Assembly (NCBI RefSeq): GCF_964355755.1
Contig: NC_092670.1
Location: 3,834,201 to 3,898,200 of the forward strand
DNA: 64,000 bases
Reading direction: 5' to 3'
Origin: Antedon mediterranea
Lineage: Eukaryota > Animalia > Echinodermata
In this document: positions 12,497-24,689 of the stretch, piece after piece
How positions within the stretch are numbered: the first letter of the stretch is position 1
How the letters are laid out: every line of letters begins with the position of its first letter
Position numbers and translations under genes: made by a program
The notes under the pieces: generated by a model
Told to the model about the DNA's origin: nothing
The model's database searches: none
Seen by the model: only the letters and a program-made list of their open reading frames with translations

Positions 12497-13868
12497 CTAG
12501 GTAAACGAAGAGCAATAACAATATAATTTAATCAGCGAAAACGAAAACGTGAAGAAGAAGAAGAAACATCACCGAGCATCCCCAAGGAAATTTAACAATT
12601 TTGGTTGAATCATAGAAAAAATAGGAGAAGGATATGCTAATACATAGTGTAAGAGAAACACTGTTTTATCTGCACATTCTTTACAGGACTAATTAGGCTA
12701 GTCAATCTAGCAAAAAAAACAGCCCAAAGTGAAACAAATTGCAAACAGAGATTTTTCTTTTTTAAATGGTCATATATGATGAGGAGATCAAAATTTGAGC
12801 ATCACACCTCTGTCACTCATCCCGATGATATGCAAATTAGCTTAAATATGCAAATTAGGGTGAAATTACAAGGTTACCATATCTCAAAAACTACTAGTCC
12901 GAGAGAGTTGATTTTTTCACTGATCTATTCAAAATGTATATATTTATATTTACTCTAATGAAACATTTTACGAAAAAATGACCGGAAGTACAACATTTGA
13001 CCTTCGACCCCATTTCTCAATGTTTGCATATACAATGTGACTAAAATGTCTGTGGAGACTTTATTTTGCCCTCAAATGACCCAGACATAGGTTCCTAATA
13101 GCCAGTATAGGATCACTTTGTAATTCCCAAAATCACACCTTTGTCACACACCTCAAAAGTATGCAAATTAGTAGTACAATTTAAATAAAATATGCAAATA
13201 AGGGGAAAAATTACAGTTGTCCTATATCTCGAAAACCACTAATGCTAGAGAGCTGATTTTTTCACAGCCGTATTTAAAATGTACATATTTCTATTTGCTC
13301 CAATGAAACATTTTACAAAAAATTGACCGGAAGTATGATATTTGACCCTCGACCCCATTTCTCAATATTGCATATATAAATGAAACTAAAATGTCTGTAG
13401 AGACTTTGTTTTGCCCTCAAATGACTCCGATACAGGTTTCTAATAGCCAACATAGGACTGTTTAGTAGATCTCAAAATCCCACCTGTATCACTCACCTCC
13501 AAAGTATGCAAATTATTAGTACAAGTTACATGAAATATGCAAATTAGAGGGTGAAATTTAAGGTTCCTATATATCGAAAACCACTAAGGCTAGAGAGTTG
13601 ATTTTTTCAATAACTTGTTCAGAATGTACATATTTATATTTACTCTAATGAAACATTTTACGAAAAAATGACCGGAAATACAACAATTGACCCTCGACCC
13701 CATTTATTAATGTTTGCATACATAATGCGACTAAAATGTCTGTAGAGACTTTGTTTTGGACTCAAATAACTCGGATACATGTTTCCTATAGTCAGCATAG
13801 GACCGCTTTGTAATTCCCAAAATCACGCCTTCGTTTTGGCATGGTTGGAATTCCCTTTTTTCGTATTA

Positions 13869-16770
13869 TAGTCCAGTAAAATATCACCTTCACCATTGAA
13901 TAACGTTAGTAGTCAACGAGATTCTCACCGTAGGTTCTAAACATTATGTAAAGATCATTTATTGATGTTGCGTCGCGTAAAAGTTGGGATTTGTAGAGAA
14001 AATGAAGTTTTTATACGCAGTTTTTGCTTCCTTTCGTCGTGGTTTGTTTTCATCGAAAAATGACGTCATGGGGCATAAGTGAATGACACGCCATTGTCGA
14101 CATTTGCGTTCGTATTAAAAAGTGAATTTTAAATGTACGAATATGGTATTAATTATCTGTATTACATTGTATTATTATGTATCACATATATAACAAGTCA
14201 TTTTGATAAAAAATAAGTCAAATAAATATGAAAAACAAAGGAAAATTGTGATTTTTGCATGTCATCTGAAGTGACCTTCCATACAATGTGATAGCGCCCT
14301 CTATAAGTATTGATACACTCGCACTTCAAACTGCAAGCTTTTTGTTGTTATATTCATTCATTCAGAAATACAATTTAAGGAAGGAATCGAATCAAGGGCA
14401 TTATTACTTGGTTTATTATATATTTATGATGTTTTCCCCAAAAATAATTACTAGTATGTACATTTTGCGAATTGTAGATGTACCGGCGGTATGAAATTAA
14501 AAAAAGCTGTTTACGCAATCTGTAGCCTAACGATATAATAATAATTATATGTATAAAATAATTGTTACTTTTTTTCTGATAAATCAGTATGAATATGTTT
14601 ACTTAGCGCTGCTTTAAGCACCCTATTAAAAAAGAAAAGAAACAAATTGATTTAAGCCTATTTTTTGTCACGTTTTCGGTAATTAATTGTCTTCTTCGCT
14701 CTCACTATCTGATTCGTCACTGTTCTCATCATCCGAGTTAAAGGAGTCGTCGTTCTCAGCAATCGCTCGTTCAATTCTGTTGGAAGAATCTCGCTTTCAC
14801 ACCACAAAGGCCCCAGCAAATCGTTATCGCCAACGCACCATCCGTTATTGTCTTGGGGTTTCGGCAACTCGTAAAATCGGTGTTAGTGCGAGCCTCCACA
14901 GATCCTGACTTGATAGTTCGATCATCGTGCGTTGTATATGTTGATGCAAGCATCTACGCGACGGTGGAAAGTTAGCTAATTTTTAAATCAATGTTTTTTT
15001 AACACTGATTATTCCGGGTTTTTTTTCTTGCATTTCCTGCGAAAAAAGTCAAATCTAAGTTCATCGGTAGGCCTACGCCTTGCTTTCGAACGGAATCCAT
15101 ATAATAACAGGCACGTGAACTATTCCAGTTCCAACATTAACTCTTCTTCTCCTTTCCAACTTTCTCCTACTTTCTTGAAAACCTCTTCAAATTTTGGATA
15201 TTTTTCGACAAGTTTAATACGTGCGAAAAAAGTCAAATCTAAGTTCATCGGTAGGCCTACGCCTTGCTTTCGAACGGAATCCATATAATAAACAGGCACG
15301 TGAACTATTCCAGTTCCAACATTAACTCTTCTTCTCCTTTCCAACTTTCTCCTACTTTCTTGAAAACCTCTTCAAATTTTTGATATTTTTCGACAAGTTT
15401 AATGGCCTTTAATTTTCCTTTTCCTTTGAAAGCGCTGGTCGTGCTGCACTTTGTGAACGCATGCAGCCCTAGAATGGCATTACATCGACTTGGGGTGATT
15501 TCAGTGGCTAAACTGTGAGATTGGTTATTCGTCAATTCCTGCCACTGCCTGTATCGAATAGGACTTTTGCAATAATGGACGAAACAAAATGTAACAATAT
15601 AAAAAAAAAACATCGCTGGATCCCGATCGAAATCAAGGAGTACCGATGAACTTAGATTTTACTTTCTTCGCAGGAAATGCAAGGAAAAGGACGGATAATC
15701 AGTGTTAAAAAACATTGATTTAGCTAACTTTCCACCGTCGCGTAGATGCTTGCATCAACATATACGACGCACGATCGAACTATCAAGTCATGATCTGGAA
15801 GCTCGCACTAACGCCGATTTAAGAGTTGCCGAAACCTCAAGACAATAACGGATGGTGCGTTGGCGATAACGATTTGCTGGGGCCTCTTCCAACAGAATCG
15901 GATGATGAGAACAGTGACGAATCAGATAGTGAGAGCGAAGAAGACGATTAATTACCGAAATCGTGACAAAAAGTAAGCTTAAATCAATTTGTTTCTTTTT
16001 TTTAAATATGGTGCTTAAGCAGCGCTAAGTAAACATTATTATTCATACTGATTTATCAGAAAAAAGTAACAATTATTTTATACATATAATTATTATTATA
16101 TCGTTAGGCTACAGACCGCGTAAACAGCTTTTTTTAATTTCATACCGCCGGTACATCTATAATTCGCAAAATGTACATACTAGTAATTATTTTTGGGGAA
16201 AACATCATAAATATATAGTAAACCAAGTAATAATGCCCTTGATTCGATTCCTTCCTTAAATTGTATTTCTGAATGAATGAATTTATAACAACAAAAAGCT
16301 TGCAGTTTGAAGTGCGAGTGTATCAATACTTATAGAGGGCGCTATCACATTGTATGGAAGGTCACTTCAGATGACATGCAAAAATCACAATTTTCTTTTG
16401 TTTTTCATATTTATTTGACTTATTTTTTATCAAAATGACTTGTTATATATGCGATACATAATAATACAATGTAATACAGATAATTAATACCATATTCGTA
16501 CATTTAAAATTCACTTTTTAATACGAACGCAAATGTCGACAATGGCGTGTCATTCACTTATGCCCCATGACGTCATTTTTCGATGAAAACAAACCACGAC
16601 GAAAGGAAGCAAAAACTGCGTATAAAAACTTCATTTTCTCCACAAATCCCAACTTTTACGCAACGCAACATCAATAAATGATCTTTACATAATGTTTAGA
16701 ACCTACGGTGAGAATCTCGTTGACTACTAACGTTATGCAATGGTGAAGGTGATATTTTACTGGACGACTA
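13869..16770. mobile_element. Palindromic Academ(X)-derived element with ~1.2-kb inverted arms and transposase/XPG-like remnants
   Basis: TAGTCCAGTAAAATATCACC ... GGTGATATTTTACTGGAC(GAC)TA with TSD TTA. The centre encodes LGLHAFTKCSTTSAFKGKGK (XPG/FEN1 H3TH-like). Both arms carry PPSRRCLHQHI...PKPQDNNGW. Internal ~185-bp direct duplication (15040-15400). Confidence 0.8.
15305..15530 (-). pseudogene. XPG/FEN1-like H3TH fragment of an Academ transposase
   Basis: CNAILGLHAFTKCSTTSAFKGKGKLKAIKL matches the L.G.HA.TGCD..S.F.G.GK motif; fragmentary. Confidence 0.7.
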
Positions 16771-16842
16771 TTAGTTTATGTACAGCGCTTAGAGGTTACA
16801 CAACATTAGGCGCTATATAAATCCAGGATATTATTATTATTA
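16771..16842 (+). mobile_element. L2/CR1-type LINE 3' tail (upstream part probably 13831-13868, split by the inner Academ)
   Basis: gtacagcgcttagag...gcgctatataaat followed by (tta)n. Confidence 0.6.
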
Positions 16843-16974
16843 TTTCTCAATATTTGCATATAATGCAACTAAAATGTATGTACAGACTTTGTTTTGGCCT
16901 CAAATGACTCGGATACAGGTTTTATATAGCCAGTATAAGTCAAGCACCTCGAAAGTATGCAAATTAGTAGTACA

Positions 16975-17691
16975 TGTAACCTTAACGTCACGTGCGGTTC
17001 TGGGAGTCAAAACGAATTAAACGCGTTCACAAAGGTATAGATATAAATAATGTTTATTCAACACGGCAATGAAACGAACGATTTGACAAATTGGTAAAAC
17101 GATTGGTTGAATGGTCGAACAATTGGTTGAGCACACAATGGATAGATGTTGAACGAACACACAGCAGTGGAACGAACGATAGATCGAACGGTTTAAACTG
17201 TAAATTAATGGATAATTAAAGCCGTCATTGTAATTAAATAATCAATTGGTATAACAATTGGAACATCTAAGCTAAATAGCTCAACAATCATATTAAACTA
17301 GATTTATAGAAAATGATCGATTCATCATTACTGTATTACCATTACTTCAATTTAACAGTAGGCCTAGGCCTAGGCCTAGGCCTACTAGATTATACTATAT
17401 AGTATAATTGAGTCAGTAATTATCTAGTAGGCTACAGTTAAATGATACAAAAGATTATATTATCTAAATATAAAGCATCATAAACTTACATCTGTTTCTT
17501 CACCAGAACCTATAGATTACAGTACATATTTTTAACTATCAGTGTATTTATCTAGGCTATGAACTATCCCAAAGAACAACTCTGAGACAATCTGCCCGTT
17601 ACTATGGCAATCTGACCTTACTAGGAGAAAAGTCACCTCTTGCTCACCAAACATGAAATAGAGGGCGACATTATACAATTCAAAGTTAACA
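16975..17691 (-). repeat. 3' LTR of BEL element 1
   Basis: Direct repeat of 21853-22566. Confidence 0.95.
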
Positions 17692-17855
17692 TTCCGGCCC
17701 CTTAAAGGCACCGTATGGATAGCCTTTACATAAAAATAAACATGTCAACAAAAACCTAACATTGTTAAAATTTATAAGGAAAAGATAAATTCCAAAATTG
17801 GATCTTATAAAACGCAGAAGAACAATCTGTAATGTTCAAAAGTTCATATTTCCAA

Positions 17856-20800
17856 TTAGTTGGTCGCATTCTCAAGAAGGACCAGTTTGTCAATTGGTCT
17901 CACAAGCGTTGATGTGTTTGTCTTTACTTTCACTGACCGTACAAGTCCATCCTTTTGGTTGCTGTACACTTCAAGAACTCTTCCCAATGGCCATGAACTT
18001 TGTGGTGTGTTTTCGTCAAGAACAAGCACAACATCGTCTACAGCAAAGTTTCTCTTTTGCACATTCCATTTTTGTCTTTGTTGCAGTGACGGTAAATACT
18101 CCCGTACCCATCGTCGCCAGAACACATTTGATAAGTACTGTACTTGTTTCCATCGTCGACGATACATATCCTCCTTTGAAAAGTTACCAGGAGGTAAGCT
18201 GTTCCCTCCTCGCAACAGCAGTAAATGATTCGGAGTTAAAGGTGTCATGTCACGAGGGTCATCCGATATCTTAGTAATCGGCCGACCATTAACAATAGCC
18301 TCTGCTTCACACATTAAAGTGTTTAGGCCTTCATCATCAAGCACTTGTTGTTTCAGCACAGCCATCATGACTTTCCTCACTGTCCGAATACAGCGCTCCC
18401 ATACTCCTCCATGATGAGATCCCATTGGTGGATTGAATAACCATTTCACATTTCGTTGCAACAAGAATTCATGGAATTGTCCTTGATTCCACTCTTTAAT
18501 TGCTTTATTCAGTTCCTTCTCTCCCTTTTTGAAGTTTCCTCCATTATCTGATCGAATCTCTTCTGGCTGTCCTCTTCGTGCTATGAATCTTCTCATAGCA
18601 TTCATGAATGACTCCGTGTCAAGTGAGTTTGAAACTTCGATGTGGATTGCTCGTACAGTGAGACACGTGAAAAGGACACCATATCTCTTCACATTTGACC
18701 TCCCCCTTTTTACTTCGAACGGGCCGAAGCAGTCAACACCAACGTACGTGAACGGTGGCTTCGAAGGTGTTACTCGGTATTGCGGAAGTGAAGCCATTTT
18801 TTGTTTCCCAACTGATGATTGGCGTCTCTTACAGCTGAAACACTCGTTCAGAACTTTCTTCACTGCAGTACGTGCATCAATCGGCCAGAACTTCTGTCGA
18901 ACTAGGGACAGTGTGTATTCTAGTCCACTGTGTCCTGATAAATGGTGATAGTATGTAGTAATGAGCTTCACTATGTGGTGATTCTTTGGTAGGATTATCT
19001 GATGTTTCATGTCACCGTTGATAGGTGAATTTTGAAGACGGCCCCCTACTCTGATCACTCCCTCACTTAAGATGGGATCGAGTTTGTAGATCTTGCTGGA
19101 TTTTGGTAGTGCTCGTTGCTTTTTGGTATTGCAGGGTTGAGATAGGCTTACACGCTTCAGGCAAACTTGCTCGTCTTCAAAGCATTTCTGTACATGCTTC
19201 GTGATAGCAATTTCAGCACCTTTCATCTCCAAAACATTGATTGGATCAACTGTGTCATTTCTATTAAACGAAACATCGTCTCCAGCCTTACGCCTGCGAA
19301 CCACTTCTCGTAACTTTTCTTTGTACCTCAAAATCCATGCAAACGACTTCTTCAACTTCTCCCATGATGAGTAGTAGTTAATGACTGATGAAATCGAGTC
19401 AATTACATTTATACCAGTAGCACAGACTGTGGATTTTGCCTTTACCTCTGGGTCATCTTGTGGGATTTCACCCATGTTTGCTGGTCTTTGTGGCCATGTC
19501 CTCTCAGGTTGCTTTAGGAATTCTGGACCTTCCTTCCAACGTTGATTGATCAATAATTCATTTACTGTCATACCTCTTGATGCTTCATCTGCAGGGTTGT
19601 ACAGGCTGTCATTGAATTCTAGATTACAGTAGTCCTTGAACTGTGTTGACAACTCTTCATGTGAATCAATGTAGTTAGCGCAGTGTGTTGATCCAGAGTT
19701 CTTCCTTCCCAATGGGCCGTTGACAACCCAGCCAAATAGTGTTCTAGTGGCAAATGGACCACCATCGTGGCATTCGCGTACTTCCAGCGGTTGTAGCAAT
19801 TCTGGCACATCACTTCCAATGAGAATACCAATATCTGCATTTATTTTATCTACTTTAATCCCAGCTAGGTGAGGCCATTTGTTGATGTCATCTGGAGTAG
19901 CGATCGTATCGGTAGAAATTGGTAGGGTTTGCACTGAATAGACGTTTGGAAGTAAGACGGAATGTCCATGATTTAAATCCAAAATCTCCAACTTTGTAAG
20001 TTCACACTGGATTGGTCTATTTACTCCGTTCATGGTTGTCAATGATAAGTCTACAGTATTCGATGATATCCCTAATTGCTTTAGTATACCAGTGGTGCAG
20101 AAAGTTGTGTTGGATCCATTATCAAGAAATGCATAGGCTTCTACAAGCTTGGCACTTCCTGGAGCCTTGACTCTCACAGGTACGGCAGCAAGACCAGTAA
20201 CGGTTGATGTGCTTCTTGATGCCGACATGTTGACCTGTTCACCACTGAAAGTTGCTGGAGACGTCTGAACTGGTTGTACAGCAACAGTACCAGCATTACT
20301 TGTAGTCTCACCTTTGGGATGTAAATATGTTGAGTGTTTCTTCGTGCATCCGGATATTTTGCAGAAACTTTGCTTTTGACAATCTTTCACAAAATGTCCA
20401 ACTGTAAGACAGTTGATACAGATTTTCTTGTCATTTACACATTTCCATCGGTCGTTGAGTGACTTCCGTCGGAACTGCTCACATCTGGAGAGCCAATGGT
20501 CCTCACAGCATAGCGGACACGTTGGTTGTGATGTTACAGGTGTGTTTGACTGAGAATTGTGAACGGCATAACTGCTAGATTTGTGGTTGGTCGATAATTT
20601 ATCCAAATTTGGAGAATTGGTAGACTTCACTGGCTCTATTTTACCAAAAACTGGATGAGTTGCTACCCTAGCCTTATCGGTGACAAACTTGGTAATATCC
20701 TTAATATTCACATCTCTCTTTTCCTTTACGATGATAGTGTCAACCACTTCCCGCCATCTTAGCCTTAGTCGATACGGAAGACGTTCAATGATTTTCCGAA

Positions 20801-21809
20801 GATTGTCTGGATTATCTAGCTTGCTAAGGTATCCAATTTCCTGAAGTGTATTTGCACAGCTTGTTAGTTGAGTAGAGAAGCGTTGTAGAGCTATGCCATC
20901 CTCGACTTTGATAATCGGCCAATCCAGCAAGAGTTGAACGTGGGCAGCAGCTATCTTGTATGCTTGTCCATATCTTTCCTTTAGCAAGCGTCTCGCCTCA
21001 ACATATCCTTTATCATCACTCATCGATAGACAGCTTCTCATCAACTCTTGTACAGCCCCAGTCGTGTACTGTACCAAGTAGTGCAGTCTTGCACTCTGGC
21101 TCACAGTTTTGTTCTCAACAAGATGTTTGAATGAAGTGACAAACTCGCAGTATTCAGCAGGATTGCCACTGTATAACTTCATTGACGGGTTAGGCAAGGT
21201 AAGCGCAGTAACACTTTGTTGCTGTTGTTGGACGATCTGTCTCAATGCTTCATTTTGCTTATCTTGTGCTCTCATCATTGTGGATGCCAGTCTATCTATG
21301 GCATCGATCTGCTTGTGTTGGTGGAATACAGGAGCATCCAGATTAAATGGTTGGAACACTGCTGGTTGAGGTGTACGCTGCCACAGCATAGGATTCCCTA
21401 ACAGTTCTGTCTCCTCCTTTGGAACATATTCTGATCGATAATCAGGAGCAAATCGTTGGTCGGGCAGATTTCCTGATGGAAGTTTGGGAGTGGTTGTTTC
21501 AATTTGAAGCTTTGGTAGAGAAAGATCTTCGAGTTCACGATCTACTGCCTCATCCTCGTCCTGTTCAGCTTCGTTGTAAACTTTGTCGGCTGCTTCAATT
21601 GCCCCGATTTCAATTTGCAATTCCACATCAGCCTTCTTTTGTTTGAGCACCAATTCCTGCATTTCCAAGTCATGCATTTCTTTCTGTCTGGCAGCTCGTT
21701 CCCTTAATGCTGCAGCTTCAGCCTTAACCCGGATCCTAGATCTGCTGCTCGATGATGAGCGTTTGGAGCTTACGCAACTCACTGAATCACTTGGTTCAAC
21801 GTCAAACAT
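17856..21809 (-). CDS. BEL/Pao Gag-protease-integrase polyprotein (1317 aa) with in-frame RT/RNaseH deletion
   Basis: Gag, three Cys-His knuckles, protease AFLDNGS, then ...EFNDSLY|NPADEASRG..., integrase HHCC (HHLSGH, CFSC) and DDE core (GVDCFGP, SDNGGNF, GGVWER). No YxDD and no DAS motif. Confidence 0.92.
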   Translation of the reverse strand: MFDVEPSDSVSCVSSKRSSSSSRSRIRVKAEAAALRERAARQKEMHDLEMQELVLKQKKADVELQIEIGAIEAADKVYNEAEQDEDEAVDRELEDLSLPKLQIETTTPKLPSGNLPDQRFAPDYRSEYVPKEETELLGNPMLWQRTPQPAVFQPFNLDAPVFHQHKQIDAIDRLASTMMRAQDKQNEALRQIVQQQQQSVTALTLPNPSMKLYSGNPAEYCEFVTSFKHLVENKTVSQSARLHYLVQYTTGAVQELMRSCLSMSDDKGYVEARRLLKERYGQAYKIAAAHVQLLLDWPIIKVEDGIALQRFSTQLTSCANTLQEIGYLSKLDNPDNLRKIIERLPYRLRLRWREVVDTIIVKEKRDVNIKDITKFVTDKARVATHPVFGKIEPVKSTNSPNLDKLSTNHKSSSYAVHNSQSNTPVTSQPTCPLCCEDHWLSRCEQFRRKSLNDRWKCVNDKKICINCLTVGHFVKDCQKQSFCKISGCTKKHSTYLHPKGETTSNAGTVAVQPVQTSPATFSGEQVNMSASRSTSTVTGLAAVPVRVKAPGSAKLVEAYAFLDNGSNTTFCTTGILKQLGISSNTVDLSLTTMNGVNRPIQCELTKLEILDLNHGHSVLLPNVYSVQTLPISTDTIATPDDINKWPHLAGIKVDKINADIGILIGSDVPELLQPLEVRECHDGGPFATRTLFGWVVNGPLGRKNSGSTHCANYIDSHEELSTQFKDYCNLEFNDSLYNPADEASRGMTVNELLINQRWKEGPEFLKQPERTWPQRPANMGEIPQDDPEVKAKSTVCATGINVIDSISSVINYYSSWEKLKKSFAWILRYKEKLREVVRRRKAGDDVSFNRNDTVDPINVLEMKGAEIAITKHVQKCFEDEQVCLKRVSLSQPCNTKKQRALPKSSKIYKLDPILSEGVIRVGGRLQNSPINGDMKHQIILPKNHHIVKLITTYYHHLSGHSGLEYTLSLVRQKFWPIDARTAVKKVLNECFSCKRRQSSVGKQKMASLPQYRVTPSKPPFTYVGVDCFGPFEVKRGRSNVKRYGVLFTCLTVRAIHIEVSNSLDTESFMNAMRRFIARRGQPEEIRSDNGGNFKKGEKELNKAIKEWNQGQFHEFLLQRNVKWLFNPPMGSHHGGVWERCIRTVRKVMMAVLKQQVLDDEGLNTLMCEAEAIVNGRPITKISDDPRDMTPLTPNHLLLLRGGNSLPPGNFSKEDMYRRRWKQVQYLSNVFWRRWVREYLPSLQQRQKWNVQKRNFAVDDVVLVLDENTPQSSWPLGRVLEVYSNQKDGLVRSVKVKTNTSTLVRPIDKLVLLENATN

Positions 21810-21852
21810 CTTAGAGATAGATTATTGCAGTAGAAGAGAGATTTTAAACTTA

Positions 21853-22566
21853 TGTAACCTTGACGTCACGTGCGGTTCTGGGAGTCAAAACGAATTAAAC
21901 GCGTTCACAAAGGTATAGATATAAATAATGTTTATTCAACACGGCAATGAAACGAACGATTTGACAAATTGGTAAAACGATTGGTTGAATGGTCGAACAA
22001 TTGGTTGAGCACACAATGGATAGATGTTGAACGAACACACAGCAGTGGAACGAACGATAGATCGAACGGTTTAAACTGTAAATTAATGGATAATTAAAGC
22101 CGTCATTGTAATTAAATAATCAATTGGTATAACAATTGGAACATCTAAGCTAAATAGCTCAACAATCATATTAAACTAGATTTATAGAAAATGATCGATT
22201 CATCATTACTGTATTACCATTACTTCAATTTAACAGTAGGCCTAGGCCTAGGCCTAGGCCTAGATTATACTATATAGTATAATTGAGTCAGTAATTATCT
22301 AGTAGGCTACAGTTAAATGATACAAAAGATTATATTATCTAAATATAAAGCATCATAAACTTACATCTGTTTCTTCACCAGAACCTATAGATTACAGTAC
22401 ATATTTTTAACTATCAGTGTATTTATCTAGGCTATGAACTATCCCAAAGAACAACTCTGAGACAATCTGCCCGTTACTATGGCAATCTGACCTTACTAGG
22501 AGAAAAGTCACCTCTTGCTCACCAAACATGAAATAGAGGGCGACATTATACAATTCAAAGTTAACA
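21853..22566 (-). repeat. 5' LTR of BEL element 1
   Basis: Direct repeat of 16975-17691. Confidence 0.95.
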
Positions 22567-24689
22567 GTACAAGCTATATGAAATATGCAAGTTACAGTGA
22601 ATTGCCTTATGTATCTCGAAAACGCTAATGACCGAGAGAGAGAGATATGGCAACTTTCTTGTACTACTGATTTGCATACTTTCAAGCGAAGTAACAGAGG
22701 TGTGATTTTGAGAATTACTAAACAGTTCTATGCTGGCTATAGAAAACCTGTATCTGGGTCATTATTGAAAAAAAAAATTATCGAAAGTATGACATTTGAC
22801 CCTCGAACCTATTTCTCAATATTTGCATATAATGCAACTAAAATGTATGTACATACTTTGTTTTGGCCTCAAATGACTTGGATACAGGTTTTATATAGCC
22901 AGTATAGGATCGTTTAGTAATTCCAAAAGTCAAGCAACTCGAAAGTATGCAACTTATTAGTACAAGTTATATGAAATATGCAAATTACAGCCTTATGTAT
23001 CTCGAAAAACGCTAATGACCGATAGAGATATGGCAACTTTCACCTCTTGTACTATTAATTTGCATATTTTCTAGGGAAGTATTAACAAAGGTGTGATTTT
23101 GAGAATTACTACAGTTCTATGCTGGCTATAGAAAACCTGTATCTGAGTCATTTGAGGCCAAAACAGTCTGTACAGATATTTTAGTTGAATTATATGAAAA
23201 TATTGAGAAATAGGGTCAAGGGTCAAATGTCATAATTCAATCAAGACAATTTTTGCATAAAATGTTTCATTACAGCGAATATAAATATGTACATTCTGAA
23301 TCAACTCTGAATTCAAATCAACTCTCTAGCATTAATGGTTTTCGAGATATTGGAAGACTGTAATTTCACCCTAATTTGCATATTTCATGTAACTTGTACT
23401 AATAATTTGCATACTTTCAAGGTATGTGACAAAGATGTGATTTTGGGAATTACAAAGAGGTCCTATGCTGACAATAGGAAAACTGTATCTGAGTCATTTG
23501 AGTCAAAAAAAATTATCTACAGACATTTTAGTCGCATTATGTATGCAAACATTGATAAATAGGGTCAAGGGTCAATTGTTGTATTTCCGGTCATTTTTTC
23601 GTAAAATGTTTCATTAGAGCAAATATAAATATGTACATTCTTAACAAGTTTTTGAAAAAATCAACTCTCTACCTTAGCGGTTTTCGATACATATAGGAAC
23701 CTGTAATTTCACCCCCTAATTTGCATATTTCATGTAACTTGTACTAATAATTTGCATACTTTGAAGGTGAGTGATACAGGTGTGATTTTGAGATTTACTA
23801 AACATTCCTATGTTGGCTATTAGAAACCTGTATCCGAGTCATTTGAGGGCAAAACAAAGTCTCTACAGACATTTTAGTTTTCATTATATATGCAATATTG
23901 AGAAATGGGGTCGAGGGTCAAATGTCATAGTTCCGGAAATTTTTTTGTAAAATGTCTCATTACAGCAAATATAAATATATACATTTTAAATATTTTAGTG
24001 AAAAAATCAACACTCTAGCATTAGCGGTTTTCGAGATATGTCAACGCTGTAATTTCACTCCCTAATTTGCATATTTAATATTACTTGTACTACTAATCTG
24101 CATACTTTTGAGGTGCGTGACGAAGTTGTGATTTTAGGAATTATAATAAAGTTCTATGGTGGGTATTGAAAAACTATATCCAAGTCATTGAGTCCAAAAT
24201 AAAGTCTCTACAGACATTTTAATCACATATTTATGTAAATATTGAGAAATAGGGTCAAGGGTCAAAATTTGGTACTTTCGGACATTTTTATGTAAAATGT
24301 CTCATTAGAGCAAATATAAATATATATATTCTGAACCAGACTGTGCAAAAATGAACTCTTTACGATTAGTAGTTTTTAAGATATGGTAACCCTGTAATTT
24401 CACCCTAATTTGCATATTTAAGCTAATTTGCATACCTTTGGGATGAGTGTCAGAGGTGTGATGCTCAAAAAATAATCACCTTATCATATGTAACCATTTA
24501 AAAAAAAAATCTCTGTTTGCAATTTGTTTCACTCAAAATGCTAGATTGACTAGCCTAAATAAGAACTTTAGTATTTAAAATCGCATCAATCAAAAGTGTT
24601 GGAAACCACAATTTCAAAGACAACGATGAGGTGATTGTTCTGTTTTAAATGATAATAATTGTAAACACGAGTTTAAAAAAGAGTTTTAC

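Larger units (their letters stand above)
16975..22566 (-). mobile_element. BEL/Pao LTR retrotransposon, recent, lacking RT and RNase H
   Basis: LTRs 16975-17691 and 21853-22566 (TG...CA; I see one substitution and one 3-nt indel). 5-bp TSD GTACA. Purine-rich tract aaggggccggaa next to the 3' LTR. Confidence 0.95.
12694..24557. mobile_element. Non-autonomous Academ-like foldback transposon with long arms built of ~345-bp tandem units; hosts nested insertions
   Basis: Termini TAGGCTAGTCAATCTAGCA / TGCTAGATTGACTAGCCTA with 3-bp TSD AAT (12691-12693, 24558-24560). Arms 12694-13830 and ~23040-24557 are inverted. The unit recurs at 12980/13325/13670. TAG..CTA ends with a 3-4 bp TSD are the Academ signature. 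Confidence 0.8.

Noticed and set aside
17798-21918. Plus-strand ORFs overlapping the BEL polyprotein (and minus-strand ORFs within 34285-40541)
   Set aside because: Antisense shadows of long coding frames, with no motifs.
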